Of a stretch of 56,479 bases of DNA, positions 34,880 through 44,238 are shown piece by piece. The notes under the pieces were generated by a model that saw only the letters and a program-made list of their open reading frames with translations, was not told where the DNA came from and ran no database searches. Origin of the DNA: Chloroflexota bacterium (GTDB lineage: Bacteria > Chloroflexota > Limnocylindria > P2-11E); the NCBI GenBank assembly GCA_005887995.1, contig VBJD01000034.1:1-56479 (forward strand). The letters are read 5' to 3'. Position 1 is the stretch's first letter, and each line of letters begins with the position of its first letter. The position numbers were made by a program, and so were the translations under genes.

Positions 34880-35108
34880 CCGTATGCCTCGCACTCCCCG
34901 ACCCGGTCGACGCGCTCGGGCCCGGTTCCGTTATCAAGTGCCCGCGAGATCGGACAAAGGTTTGGCCTGCGCGCGCTCCTGCGTGAGCTCCGCAGTGGCG
35001 AGGCGACGAGCGCATGGCTCGGCGGCGATACCGCCGCGGCTCTGACGATCCTCGACGAAGTCACGCTCGAGGCGGCCGGCGACGGTGACGGCCAGCGGCA
35101 GCTAACCC

Positions 35109-36032
35109 TCACAGCAGGCGCGGGTCGAGCGCGTCCCGAAGCGCGTCGCCCACCAGGTTGAAGGCGAGCACTGTCGCGAGGATGGCGAGACCGGGAAACG
35201 TCGCGATCCACGGCGAGTCGATGACGTAGCTCCGGCCTGCCGACAGCATGTTGCCCCAGTCGGGGGTCGGCGGCTGCGTTCCGAGCCCGAGGAAGCTCAG
35301 GCCCGCGGTGTCGATGATCGCCGTGCCGACGTTTAGGGTCGCCTGCACGATGATCGGGGCGAGCACGTTCGGCAGAATGTGCCGCCACATGACGCGCCGG
35401 TCGCGCGCGCCGACCGCACGCGCCGCCTCGACGAAGTCGCGCGCACCGACCGACAGCACGGCGCCGCGCACGACACGGGCGTAGTTCGGGATGTACACGA
35501 TGCCGATCGCGATCATCGCCGTGAGCAGCCCCGGCCCCAGGATCGCCACGATCCCGATTGCCAGGAGCAGGTACGGGAACGCCAGCAGGACGTCCATGGC
35601 GCGCATGACCAGGCCGTCCGTCCGGCCGCGGTAGTAGGCGGCGGTCATACCGAGAGCGAGACCCACGACCAACGCGATGCTCGCGGCGATCGCGCCGGCC
35701 TGAAGAGAGACACGCGCGCCCCACACAACACGGCTGAAAACGTCACGGCCGAATTCGTCGGTTCCCATGAGGTGCTCGGCGCTCGGAGTCTCGCGCTCGA
35801 TACGGAAGTCCTGATGGATCGGGTCGTATGGACTCACTTGCGCGGCGAAAACCGCGACCAGCAGAAAGAGCACGAGCAAAGCCGCGCCCAGCATCCCGGT
35901 GCCGGAGTGCACGAACCGCCGGCGCGCCGCCGCCCACTGGGACTGCGGTGAGTTCGCGTCCTTTGCGATCCGCGACCCGACGGCGGTCGCGCGGAGGCCG
36001 GCCACCTCAGCGGTACCGAATGCGCGGGTCAA
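35109..36032 (-). CDS. Peptide/nickel ABC transporter permease (DppC/OppC family)
   Basis: It has BPD_transp_1 features and a typical DppC N-terminal segment. Confidence 0.85.
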   Translation of the reverse strand: MTRAFGTAEVAGLRATAVGSRIAKDANSPQSQWAAARRRFVHSGTGMLGAALLVLFLLVAVFAAQVSPYDPIHQDFRIERETPSAEHLMGTDEFGRDVFSRVVWGARVSLQAGAIAASIALVVGLALGMTAAYYRGRTDGLVMRAMDVLLAFPYLLLAIGIVAILGPGLLTAMIAIGIVYIPNYARVVRGAVLSVGARDFVEAARAVGARDRRVMWRHILPNVLAPIIVQATLNVGTAIIDTAGLSFLGLGTQPPTPDWGNMLSAGRSYVIDSPWIATFPGLAILATVLAFNLVGDALRDALDPRLL

Positions 36033-37011
36033 GCATCGCGTAGACCAGATCCACGATGATGCTGATCAGGGCGACGAAGATGGCGACGACGATGACCGTC
36101 GCCTGCACGACCGGGTAGTCGCGCGCGGTGATGGCGTTCAGGACGTAGCGGCCTACGCCGACCCGACCGAATACCGTCTCGGTGAGGACTGCGCCGCTGA
36201 GCAGCGCGCCGAGCTGCAGGCCAACGACGGTGACGACGGGAATGAGCGCGTTCTTGAGCGCATGACCGAGGACGACCGCCCGATCGCGGAGGCCTTTCGC
36301 CCGCGCGGTCACGAGGTATTCGCTGCCCAGGACCTCGAGCATGCTGGACCGAGCCATGCGCGAGACGATGGCCATGGTGATCGTGCTGAGCGTGATCGCG
36401 GGAAGCACGAGGTGCCAGACGACGTCCGCGAATACGGCGACGTTACCGGTGAGGAGTCCATCGACGGTGTAGAAGTGCGTCCGTGCGGGAATCTCGAGCC
36501 CGGCGCTCACGGTCCCTGAGAGCGGGAACCACTCCGCGCGCGCGCCGAGCCAGTAGATGAGCATTAGCCCGATCCAGAAAACGGGCATCGAGATCCCGAC
36601 CAGCGAGCCGATCATCGTCACGTATTCGATCAGGGTCCGCCGCCGCAGCGCGGCGAGGACCCCGGCAGGCAGGCCGACCGCGAGCGCGATCACAAGGGCG
36701 GCGATCGAGAGCTCGATGGTCGGGGCGAAGTTCTCAACCAGCTCCTGGCGGATGTCGCCGCCGGTCCGGATCGACCGGCCCAGGTCGCCGCGCACGAGGT
36801 GAGCGACGAAGTCGACGTACTGGACGGGCAGCGGCCGATTGAGACCGAGTGCCTCGCGCATCTGTTCGATCTGCGCGGCGCTTGCCTTCTCGCCGGCGAG
36901 AGCCACCGCCGGATCACCCGGGATGAGCCGCAGCGCGAGGAACACGACGGTGACGACGCCAAGCAGCACAGGGACGACGTACGCGATGCGCCGCAGGACG
37001 TACCCGCGCAC
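36007..37011 (-). CDS. Peptide/nickel ABC transporter permease (DppB/OppB family)
   Basis: It has the MRGYVLRRIAYVVPVLLGVVTVVF N-terminus and ends ...DPRIRY, the classic DppB start and end. Confidence 0.85.
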   Translation of the reverse strand: MRGYVLRRIAYVVPVLLGVVTVVFLALRLIPGDPAVALAGEKASAAQIEQMREALGLNRPLPVQYVDFVAHLVRGDLGRSIRTGGDIRQELVENFAPTIELSIAALVIALAVGLPAGVLAALRRRTLIEYVTMIGSLVGISMPVFWIGLMLIYWLGARAEWFPLSGTVSAGLEIPARTHFYTVDGLLTGNVAVFADVVWHLVLPAITLSTITMAIVSRMARSSMLEVLGSEYLVTARAKGLRDRAVVLGHALKNALIPVVTVVGLQLGALLSGAVLTETVFGRVGVGRYVLNAITARDYPVVQATVIVVAIFVALISIIVDLVYAMLDPRIRYR

Positions 37012-37042
37012 GTTCTAGGCGCTCGAGTGGTGCCGCACCTGA

Positions 37043-38653
37043 CTAACTCACGCTGACGCTGTTGAAGTAGTAGATATAGGTCGGCTGCAGTACGAAGCCC
37101 TTCACGCGCTTGCGAATCGCGACCTGCTGCTTCATGTGTCCGATGAAGAGCCACGGCGCGTCGTCGACGATCTTTGCCTCGGCTTGGTTGAACAGCGACT
37201 TCCGCTTTGCGACATCGGTCTCCTCGTTCGCCTGCTCGAGGAGCTTGTCGACCTCCGGAGTGCCATAGAAGGACGTGTTCACGCCGCCCTGGTTCTTGCT
37301 GTAGAAGAAGACACCCAGGAAGTTCTCGGGGTCGCCGGTGTCCGCCTGCCAACCGCCGAAGGCGATGTTCAGTTGACCCTGGCGCCGGATTTTCCGGTAC
37401 TCGGTCCACTCCGTCGTCTTGATCTCGCTCTTCACGCCGACCGCCTGGAAGTACTGCTGGATCGCTTCAGCGAGCTTCGCGCCCTGCGGGTTGTAGCCGC
37501 GCGGGATCGTGTACGAGTCGAGGATGATCGTGTCGCCGGTATACCCGGCGGTCTTGAGGAGAGCCTTGGCCTTCTCCGGGTCATACGGGTAGCCCTTCAG
37601 GGCGCTGTCGAAGCCCCACGAGGTGGGCGGGAGCGCGCCGACTGCGGCGACGCCCGCGCCGCTATAGAGCTTGTCCGCGAGCTCCTGCTTGTTGATCGCG
37701 TAGTTCAGGGCCTGGCGCAGCGCCTTGTTCTGGAACTGCGGCTTCTTGAGGTTGAACTCGGCCATGTTCACGTTGAGCCCGGCCTGCTCGAGCACGTCCG
37801 TCTCGGCCTTGCCCTTGACCGACGGCGCGTCCTTCGGATCGAAGGGCCAGGCGATGTCGCCTTCGCCGCGCTGGATCTTGAGGATCCGCACGGAGGCCTC
37901 GGGGACTGGCTGGAAGATGATGCGCTGCAGCTTCGCCTGGCCGCCCCAGTAGCCTTCGAAGTTCTCGACTGTGATGTGATCGTCCTTCTTCCACTCGACG
38001 AACTTGAACGGGCCGGTCCCCACCGGGTTCTCGTTGATCTTGCTGCCGAACTTTTTCAGCGCGTCCATTGAAATGACGTAGGCCGGCGGGATCGCCAGGT
38101 TCGAAAGAAGCGGCGAGAACTTCCGCCGCAGCGTGAAGCGGACGTCGAGCGGGCCGACCGCCTCGACTTTGGCTACAACGTTTCCGATGTAGTCGTCGAT
38201 GAACGGGAAGCCTCCCGCCGACTGCGCCTCCTTGAAGAGGGCGTTGTCCTTGTTGATGCTCCGGTCGAACGTGAACGCGACGGCCTCCCCGGTGAGCGCG
38301 GAACCGTCGTGGAACTTGACTCCCGACCGCAGGTGGAACGTGTACGCGAGGCCGTCGCTCGAGATGTCCCAGCGCTCGGCGAGGGCCGGCTCGATGTCGG
38401 TGCTGTTCGGCTTGTAGCGCACGAGGCCCTCGTACAACGCGGTCGTCGCGATGAACCCTTCTTGGGTGGTCATCGCCGGCGGATCGAGCTTGTCGGTGTC
38501 CCCGCCCCAGAGGAACGTCAGCGTGCCGGTGGCCGCCGCAGCCTTCCCGGTACTCGTGGCGCCCGGCTGCGCCGCAGGCGCGCACGCAGCGATGATCGTT
38601 GCTGCCCCGGCCGCACGCAGGAGGTCGCGCCGGGTCATGTTTGATGACTTCAT
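37043..38653 (-). CDS. ABC transporter substrate-binding protein, family 5 (DppA/OppA-like), Tat/lipoprotein-type signal
   Basis: It has the RRDLLRAAGAATIIAACAP signal and SBP_bac_5-like motifs. I trimmed to ATG 38653, which has GGAGG 9 nt upstream. Confidence 0.85.
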   Translation of the reverse strand: MKSSNMTRRDLLRAAGAATIIAACAPAAQPGATSTGKAAAATGTLTFLWGGDTDKLDPPAMTTQEGFIATTALYEGLVRYKPNSTDIEPALAERWDISSDGLAYTFHLRSGVKFHDGSALTGEAVAFTFDRSINKDNALFKEAQSAGGFPFIDDYIGNVVAKVEAVGPLDVRFTLRRKFSPLLSNLAIPPAYVISMDALKKFGSKINENPVGTGPFKFVEWKKDDHITVENFEGYWGGQAKLQRIIFQPVPEASVRILKIQRGEGDIAWPFDPKDAPSVKGKAETDVLEQAGLNVNMAEFNLKKPQFQNKALRQALNYAINKQELADKLYSGAGVAAVGALPPTSWGFDSALKGYPYDPEKAKALLKTAGYTGDTIILDSYTIPRGYNPQGAKLAEAIQQYFQAVGVKSEIKTTEWTEYRKIRRQGQLNIAFGGWQADTGDPENFLGVFFYSKNQGGVNTSFYGTPEVDKLLEQANEETDVAKRKSLFNQAEAKIVDDAPWLFIGHMKQQVAIRKRVKGFVLQPTYIYYFNSVSVS

Positions 38654-38703
38654 CGCATCATTCCTCCCCTGGAAACGGCCGGCAGCATAGCACCGGCCAT
38701 CGT

Positions 38704-39726
38704 TCACGCAGGCACGCCAACGCCGAGAAGAAGCCCATCCTTCTTGATCGCCGGACTCGTCACCAGAAAGAGCACGATGCCGTCGACGGATGATTCGATG
38801 GCCTCGAGCCGCTCTCCGAGCAGATCGACCATCTCGCCGAGCGCTTGACCCTTCTTGACCCGGTCACCGACGCGAACGGCGCAGCGGAAGAAGCCTTCGA
38901 CGGGAGAGCGCAACCACTCGAACCGGTTCAGCACGCGAGCCGGGGCCACGCGAGCGGGTTCGCCGTCCAGGACGCCGACGGTGCGGAGGATGTTCTGCAC
39001 GCCATCGACGTGCCGCGCGACCGCGTCTGCTTCGACCTGACCGATCCGACCGGACTCGGCGATCATCGCGGCCACCCCTCGCGCCGCCGCAGCGGCGAAG
39101 AGCAGCCCGGAGCGCTCGCCCGTGGGCATGGCCTTCACGAGCCACTCCGCGCCGTACGCGTCCGCCATCCGTCGTGCCCGTCCGTCGACGTCCGTGTTCC
39201 CCGTCTCGCGATAGGTCACGAACGGGACGAGATCCTCGATCATGTCGCCGGCGTGGAGGTCGACCGCGTACTCGCATTGCGCGATGACCTCGTTCAGCAG
39301 CCAGTGCGCGAACCGCTCGCTCCACGTGCCATCCGGCCGCCCGGGGAACACGCGGTTCATGTTGTCGTTGTCCTCTGGGTTCACGTAGATGCTCCGTTCG
39401 TAGAAGCCCGGCCGATTCAGCAGCGGGATGATCAGCACGCGGCCGCGCAGCTGCCCTGGATCGAGCATGCGGCCGAGCCGCATCGCGGCGTCGATCCCCG
39501 TGTACTCGGCGGCGTGGATCCCTGCGGTGATGAGGAACGTGGGACCCTCGCGCCGTCCGGTGATGCTAAAGAACGGCCACGAGTACTTCGCGAGGGCCGG
39601 GTCTCTGGTGAACGTGAAGTAGCCGGATCGCCGCTCGCCAGGAGGCGCCACGGTGATTGGGCCGAGATCTGTTATCGCCTCTTTGTCCTCCGTGTGCAAC
39701 GCGCGTAGGTGCGAAGGCACGACCAT
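38704..39726 (-). CDS. Succinylglutamate desuccinylase/aspartoacylase-family (M14-like zinc) deacylase
   Basis: It carries ITAGIHAAEYTG, NRVFPG and DLHAG. I trimmed to ATG 39726 to avoid overlap with the divergent gene. Confidence 0.75.
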   Translation of the reverse strand: MVVPSHLRALHTEDKEAITDLGPITVAPPGERRSGYFTFTRDPALAKYSWPFFSITGRREGPTFLITAGIHAAEYTGIDAAMRLGRMLDPGQLRGRVLIIPLLNRPGFYERSIYVNPEDNDNMNRVFPGRPDGTWSERFAHWLLNEVIAQCEYAVDLHAGDMIEDLVPFVTYRETGNTDVDGRARRMADAYGAEWLVKAMPTGERSGLLFAAAAARGVAAMIAESGRIGQVEADAVARHVDGVQNILRTVGVLDGEPARVAPARVLNRFEWLRSPVEGFFRCAVRVGDRVKKGQALGEMVDLLGERLEAIESSVDGIVLFLVTSPAIKKDGLLLGVGVPA

Positions 39727-39775
39727 ACATCGAGTGAGCCTTTCCCTTTTCGACAAGCCCGTGCCGCTAGCATCG

Positions 39776-41332
39776 ATGCAGGTGCGCCGCCTGATCGCCG
39801 CTATTGCCCTCGCGCTCGGGATCGCGTGCAACGCGGCCGGCCCGAGCGCACCCTCCGGCGCGCCGTCCGCGGGCGCGAACGCGCTTGCCGCGGACCGCAT
39901 CCAGTTGCTCCACACCGACGACATTCACGGCCGCCTCGACTACGAGGTCGTGAAGAGCGGCAGCACGAGCTTCAATCAGGGCGGGATGGCGATGGTCGCC
40001 TCGCAGGTGCGATCGCTGCGTTCGCGCGCGATGCCCGAGCGGTCGCTGCTCGTCGACGCGGGGGACGCGTGGCAGGGCACGTTCATCTCGAACGCGAACA
40101 AGGGCGAGCTGGTCACGAAGGCGATGACCCTCATGAAGTACGACGCGATGGCCGTCGGCAACCACGACTTCGACTGGGGCCAGGATGTCCTCGCGCAGCG
40201 CGCGAAGGAGGCGTCGTTCCCGTTCCTCGCGACCAACGTCGTCGAGACGAAGACCGGGAAGCTGCCCTCATACCTCAAGCCGTACGTGATCAAGGACACG
40301 GGTCTCGCGAAGGTCGGCATCCTCGGCATCACGAACCCGCAGGGCAACACGATCGTCAAGGCCACGAGCGTGGCCGGCCTCCAGTTCGGGCCCGCGACGC
40401 AGGTGCAGCCGTTCCTCTCCGAGCTGCAGACGCAGGCGGACATCATCGTCGTCGTCGCGCACATCGGATCAGCCGACGCGGCGAAGCTCGCGCGCGACGT
40501 TCCCGGGATCGATGTCATCGTCGCGGGCCATGATCACCAGCCGATCCAGACGGGGCGCGTCGAAGGAAGGACGACGATCGTCGACTCAGGCGCGTACACG
40601 CAGTACCTCGGCCGGCTCGAGATCATCGTCGACCCGGCCACGCACAAGATGAAGGACGCGATACGCGCGGGCGAGCTCACCGCGGTCGCCGCGTCGCAGA
40701 CGCTGCAGCCGGATCCCGAGATCGCCGCGATCGTCGAATCACGCCGCGCGGAGACCGAGAAGTACACCTCGCGCGTCGTCGGCACGATCAAGAACGATCT
40801 CGACAACCCGCGAGATGAGTGCGGCCTCGGGAACATGATCACTGACGGGATCCTCGAGTACGGCAGGCAGCAGGGATGGAGGACCGACGTCGCCTTCTAC
40901 AACGCCGCCGGCGTCCGCGCGCCGCTCAAGGCGGGCCCGGTGACGTACGGCCAGCTCTACCAGGTGCTGCCTTTCGAGAACACGATCGTGAATGTCGACC
41001 TCACCGGCGCACAGCTGAAGGAGGTGTTCGAGGACGCATCGGGCCGAGCGGGCCGGCTGCAGATCGGCGGCGGGAAGTGGGTCTACCGCTTCCTGAACAA
41101 CCCGAGCGAGCGCGTCCTCGAGGCGACGATCGGCGGCGCGCCGCTGGACCTGGCGCGGCTCTATCACGTCGCGACGATCGATTACCTCCTGCTCGGCGGC
41201 GACGGACACACCTGGTTCGGCAAGGGCACGAACGTCGTCTACGGCGATATCGAGGTCGATGCGGTCGCCGCCTATATGACCGCGCACTCGCCGCTCGACC
41301 CCAAGGTCGAGGGCCGGATCACCCAGCGATAA
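39776..41332 (+). CDS. Bifunctional metallophosphatase/5'-nucleotidase (UshA family), lipoprotein signal
   Basis: It has the lipobox LALGIAC and the motifs HTDDIHG, DAGD, GNHDF and AGHDH. Confidence 0.85.
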   Translation: MQVRRLIAAIALALGIACNAAGPSAPSGAPSAGANALAADRIQLLHTDDIHGRLDYEVVKSGSTSFNQGGMAMVASQVRSLRSRAMPERSLLVDAGDAWQGTFISNANKGELVTKAMTLMKYDAMAVGNHDFDWGQDVLAQRAKEASFPFLATNVVETKTGKLPSYLKPYVIKDTGLAKVGILGITNPQGNTIVKATSVAGLQFGPATQVQPFLSELQTQADIIVVVAHIGSADAAKLARDVPGIDVIVAGHDHQPIQTGRVEGRTTIVDSGAYTQYLGRLEIIVDPATHKMKDAIRAGELTAVAASQTLQPDPEIAAIVESRRAETEKYTSRVVGTIKNDLDNPRDECGLGNMITDGILEYGRQQGWRTDVAFYNAAGVRAPLKAGPVTYGQLYQVLPFENTIVNVDLTGAQLKEVFEDASGRAGRLQIGGGKWVYRFLNNPSERVLEATIGGAPLDLARLYHVATIDYLLLGGDGHTWFGKGTNVVYGDIEVDAVAAYMTAHSPLDPKVEGRITQR

Positions 41333-41349
41333 CCGATCCGCGCCGCGAC

Positions 41350-42186
41350 GTGAGCAGCGCGATCGACGTCGCGCTCACGGCCGGGGACATCCTCCTCGGA
41401 CGCTGGGGCGAACGCGGTGCCGGGCTGCGGACGAAGACCACCGACACGGACATCGTCCTCGACGCCGATCGCGCGGCCGAGGATGCCGCGGTCGGGATCA
41501 TCCGCACCACGTATCCCGCGGACGCGGTGCTGGCCGAGGAGGGATCGAGCGGCACCGGCACCTCGGGGCGCACCTGGTACATCGACCCGCTCGATGGGAC
41601 GGTGAACTACTTCTACGGCCTGCCGCACTTCGCGGCGGCGGTCGCGTGCGAGGACGCGGACGGCCTCGTGTGCGGCGTCGTGCTCGACGTCTGGCGCCAG
41701 GAGCTCTTCGCGGCGATCCGCGGTGGTGGCGCGTGGTCGTTCGACGAGCACGCGATGCACGAAGTCGGCGGCCTCGCCGCTCTGCGCGAGGAGTGGTCGA
41801 CAGCGCGCGGTCACCGGCTCGGCACGACACAGCTGTCGGACGTCGCGCACGCGCTCGTCGCGACGGGATTCGCGTACGCGCCGGCGGCGCGCGACGAGCA
41901 GGCGCGGATCCTGAACGGCGTGCTCGGTCGCATACGTGACATCAGACGATTCGGATCCGCGCAGCTCGACCTCGCCTCCGTCGCGGCGGGCAAGATGGAT
42001 GCGTACTTTGAATCGGTCGACAAGCCGTGGGACTGGAAGGCCGGCGCGTTGCTCGTGCGCGAGGCCGGCGGGCGGGTGACAGAGCTGGAGCAGAAGAGAC
42101 CTGGCCAGCCGCACATCGTGGCGAGCGGCGCGGTGGTGCACGACGCGCTCGTCGCGCTCATCCGCAATGCCGTGCAAAGCCATTAG
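41350..42186 (+). CDS. Inositol monophosphatase family protein
   Basis: It carries LAEEG, WYIDPLDGTVNY and WDWKAG. The start is set at GTG 41350. Confidence 0.8.
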   Translation: MSSAIDVALTAGDILLGRWGERGAGLRTKTTDTDIVLDADRAAEDAAVGIIRTTYPADAVLAEEGSSGTGTSGRTWYIDPLDGTVNYFYGLPHFAAAVACEDADGLVCGVVLDVWRQELFAAIRGGGAWSFDEHAMHEVGGLAALREEWSTARGHRLGTTQLSDVAHALVATGFAYAPAARDEQARILNGVLGRIRDIRRFGSAQLDLASVAAGKMDAYFESVDKPWDWKAGALLVREAGGRVTELEQKRPGQPHIVASGAVVHDALVALIRNAVQSH

Positions 42187-42207
42187 AACTCCCTAGACTT
42201 GACCTAG

Positions 42208-42795
42208 ATGGCGATCGAAGAGCGTCCCGCCGAGTCAAAGGGCGTCCCGATCGACTTCGAACAGGACGTCATTCAGCGCCGTCCGGTGAGCTCGCAGGCA
42301 GGCCTCGCCGGCGAGGACATCCCCATTCGCAGATCGGTCATCGCCGAAGACGACAACGTCGTCTTCACGACCGTGACGAATCTCATCAACTGGGCGCGGT
42401 CGCGTTCGCCCTGGCCGCTCGGCTACGGCCTCGCGTGCTGCGCGATCGAGATGTTCGCGAGCGTCGCGCCGCAGCATGACCTCTCGCGTTTCGGGGCGGA
42501 GGTGTTCCGTTCGAGCCCGCGCCAGGCGGACGTGATGATCGTGGCCGGGACCGTGACCCACAAGATGGCGCCCCGCCTCCGCCGGCTCTACGAACAGATG
42601 CCCGAGCCGAAGTGGGTCATCGCCATGGGCAACTGCGCATCGAGCGGCGGTGAGTTCTGGGACAGCTACTCGACCCTGCAGGGCGTCGACACGGTCGTGC
42701 CGGTCGATGTCTATGTTCCGGGCTGCCCGCCGCGTCCCGAAGCGCTGACCGAAGGCGTCCTCCGGCTGCGCGAAAAGATCTCCAGGGGCGGCTAG
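42208..42795 (+). CDS. nuoB: NADH-quinone oxidoreductase subunit B
   Basis: It carries [18 protein letters not shown] and VPGCPPRPE, the ligand pattern for cluster N2. Confidence 0.9.
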   Translation: MAIEERPAESKGVPIDFEQDVIQRRPVSSQAGLAGEDIPIRRSVIAEDDNVVFTTVTNLINWARSRSPWPLGYGLACCAIEMFASVAPQHDLSRFGAEVFRSSPRQADVMIVAGTVTHKMAPRLRRLYEQMPEPKWVIAMGNCASSGGEFWDSYSTLQGVDTVVPVDVYVPGCPPRPEALTEGVLRLREKISRGG

Positions 42796-42796
42796 T

Positions 42797-42892
42797 GCGA
42801 ACGAGGAGCGCGGGGGCAGGGGCCCCCGTTCAGCGCGCGACAGCACGCGTGACCGCGACGAGGGAGCAGCCTTGAGCGTGTCTCCCGTGCGC
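42797..42892 (+). repeat. Intercistronic repeat copy A (hairpin CGGGGGC-AGGG-GCCCCCG at 42811-42828, then GTTCAGCG..., SD, nuoD start)
   Basis: It aligns by eye with 44060-44158 over ~90 nt with few mismatches and one small indel. Confidence 0.8.
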
Positions 42893-44059
42893 AGCACAGA
42901 GATCGGGAGAGAGGGCGCGCTCGTCGACCTTCCGATCATCGAAACAGAGGAAGGGCTCCAGACCGAAGAGCTCATCCTCAACATGGGGCCGCAGCATCCG
43001 TCGACGCACGGCGTCCTGCGTCTGGTGCTGAAGATGTCCGGCGAGAAGGTCATCGAGTGCATCCCGGTGATGGGGTATCTCCATCGAGGCCTCGAGAAGA
43101 TCTTCGAGTGGCGCACGTACCACCAGGGCATCCGCTACGCGGACCAAGCCGACTACGTCTCGAACATGCTCAACGAACACGCATACGCCGGGGCGATGGA
43201 GGCGATCGGCGGCATCGACGTGCCGCGCCGCGCCGAGTACATCCGCGTGATCGTGGACGAGATGAGCCGGTGCGCCGCGCACCTCATCTGGCTCGGCACG
43301 TACGGCCTCGACGTCGGTGCGACGACACCGTTCCTCTGGTGCCTACGCGACCGCGAAGAGATCCTCGACATGTTCGAGGAAGTCTGTGGCTCGCGCATGA
43401 ACTTCAACTATTACCGCCCGGGGGGCGTGCTCTACGACCTGCCGCAGGGCTGGCTCGGGAAGCTCGAGCGGTTCCTGGATCGCTTCGCGGACCGCATCGA
43501 GGCTGACTACATGCGCATCCTCGAAGGAAACGAGATCTTCCTCGAGCGGACCATCGGCGTCGGCACGATCCCCGCTCACGTCGCGAAGCAGTACGGCATC
43601 ACCGGCCCGATGCTCCGCGCGTCGGGCGTCGACTGGGACCTCCGGCGTGACCGTCCGTACGGGATCTACCCCGAGCTGAAGACGCTGAGGCCAGTCGTGT
43701 TCCCCGACGGCGACGCGTTCGCACGCTTCAAGGTGCGCGTCGGCGAGATGCGGCTTGCGATCGCGCTCATCCGCGAGTGCATCGCGAACTTGCCGGGAGG
43801 CGCGGTGCGCGCTCGGCTCGGCCACGTGTGGAAGTGCCCGAAGGGCGAGGCGTACTACACCGTCGAGGGCGCGAAGGGCGAGGTCGGGATCTACATGATC
43901 AGCGACGGACGCAGTCCGAACCCCTTCCGCGCGAAAATGCGCGGGCCATCCTTCAACAACCTGCAGATCGTCCCGTGGCTGCTCAAGGGACGCCTCGTCG
44001 CGGACGTCGTCGCGATCCTCGGATCGCTCGACTTCGTGTTGGGTGAGGTAGACAGATGA
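42872..44059 (+). CDS. nuoD: NADH-quinone oxidoreductase subunit D (short form; no NiFe-ligand cysteines)
   Basis: It reads NMGPQHPSTHGVLRL, GYLHRGLEK and ...SLDFVLGEVDR. The TTG start has GAGGGAG 5 nt upstream. Confidence 0.9.
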   Translation: MSVSPVRSTEIGREGALVDLPIIETEEGLQTEELILNMGPQHPSTHGVLRLVLKMSGEKVIECIPVMGYLHRGLEKIFEWRTYHQGIRYADQADYVSNMLNEHAYAGAMEAIGGIDVPRRAEYIRVIVDEMSRCAAHLIWLGTYGLDVGATTPFLWCLRDREEILDMFEEVCGSRMNFNYYRPGGVLYDLPQGWLGKLERFLDRFADRIEADYMRILEGNEIFLERTIGVGTIPAHVAKQYGITGPMLRASGVDWDLRRDRPYGIYPELKTLRPVVFPDGDAFARFKVRVGEMRLAIALIRECIANLPGGAVRARLGHVWKCPKGEAYYTVEGAKGEVGIYMISDGRSPNPFRAKMRGPSFNNLQIVPWLLKGRLVADVVAILGSLDFVLGEVDR

Positions 44060-44158
44060 GCGAGCGACGAGCGCAGGGGCAGGGGCCCCTGTTCAGCGAG
44101 CGGCAGCGAGCGTGGCCGCGAGGAGTGAGAACCACCAGCCCTGAGCGTGTCTCGCGTC
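44060..44158 (+). repeat. Intercistronic repeat copy B (hairpin CAGGGGC-AGGG-GCCCCTG at 44074-44091; ends with a ghost copy of the nuoD start region)
   Basis: See copy A. Positions 44136-44157 (cagccCTGagcgtgtctcgcgt) mirror 42867-42888 (cagccTTGagcgtgtctcccgt). Confidence 0.8.
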
Positions 44159-44210
44159 CAGGGGTAGGGGCCCCTGTTCAGCGAGCGACGCGAGCGCGGC
44201 GCGAGATTGA
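44159..44210 (+). repeat. Intercistronic repeat copy C (hairpin CAGGGGT-AGGG-GCCCCTG at 44159-44176), directly upstream of the NuoI/E-like cistron
   Basis: It has the same hairpin plus the GTTCAGCGAGCG core. A G-U wobble sits at the closing pair. Confidence 0.75.
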
Positions 44211-44238
44211 GGTGGATCGCTAACGTGGTGATCCGATA

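Noticed and set aside
34880-35108. An open frame reads ...AREIGQRFGLRALLRELRSGEATSAWLGGDTAAALTILDEV... and looks protein-like.
   Set aside because: It has no ATG/GTG/TTG start in frame after the upstream stop (34877-34879), no SD, and no recognisable family. It may be a gene fragment, but I cannot support it.
42872-44059. NuoB/NuoD without NuoC/H could be the small and large subunits of a group 4 [NiFe] hydrogenase.
   Set aside because: The large-subunit-like protein has GPQHPSTHG and ...LGEVDR in place of the N- and C-terminal CxxC NiFe ligands. It also keeps the quinone-site His/Tyr pattern of NuoD.
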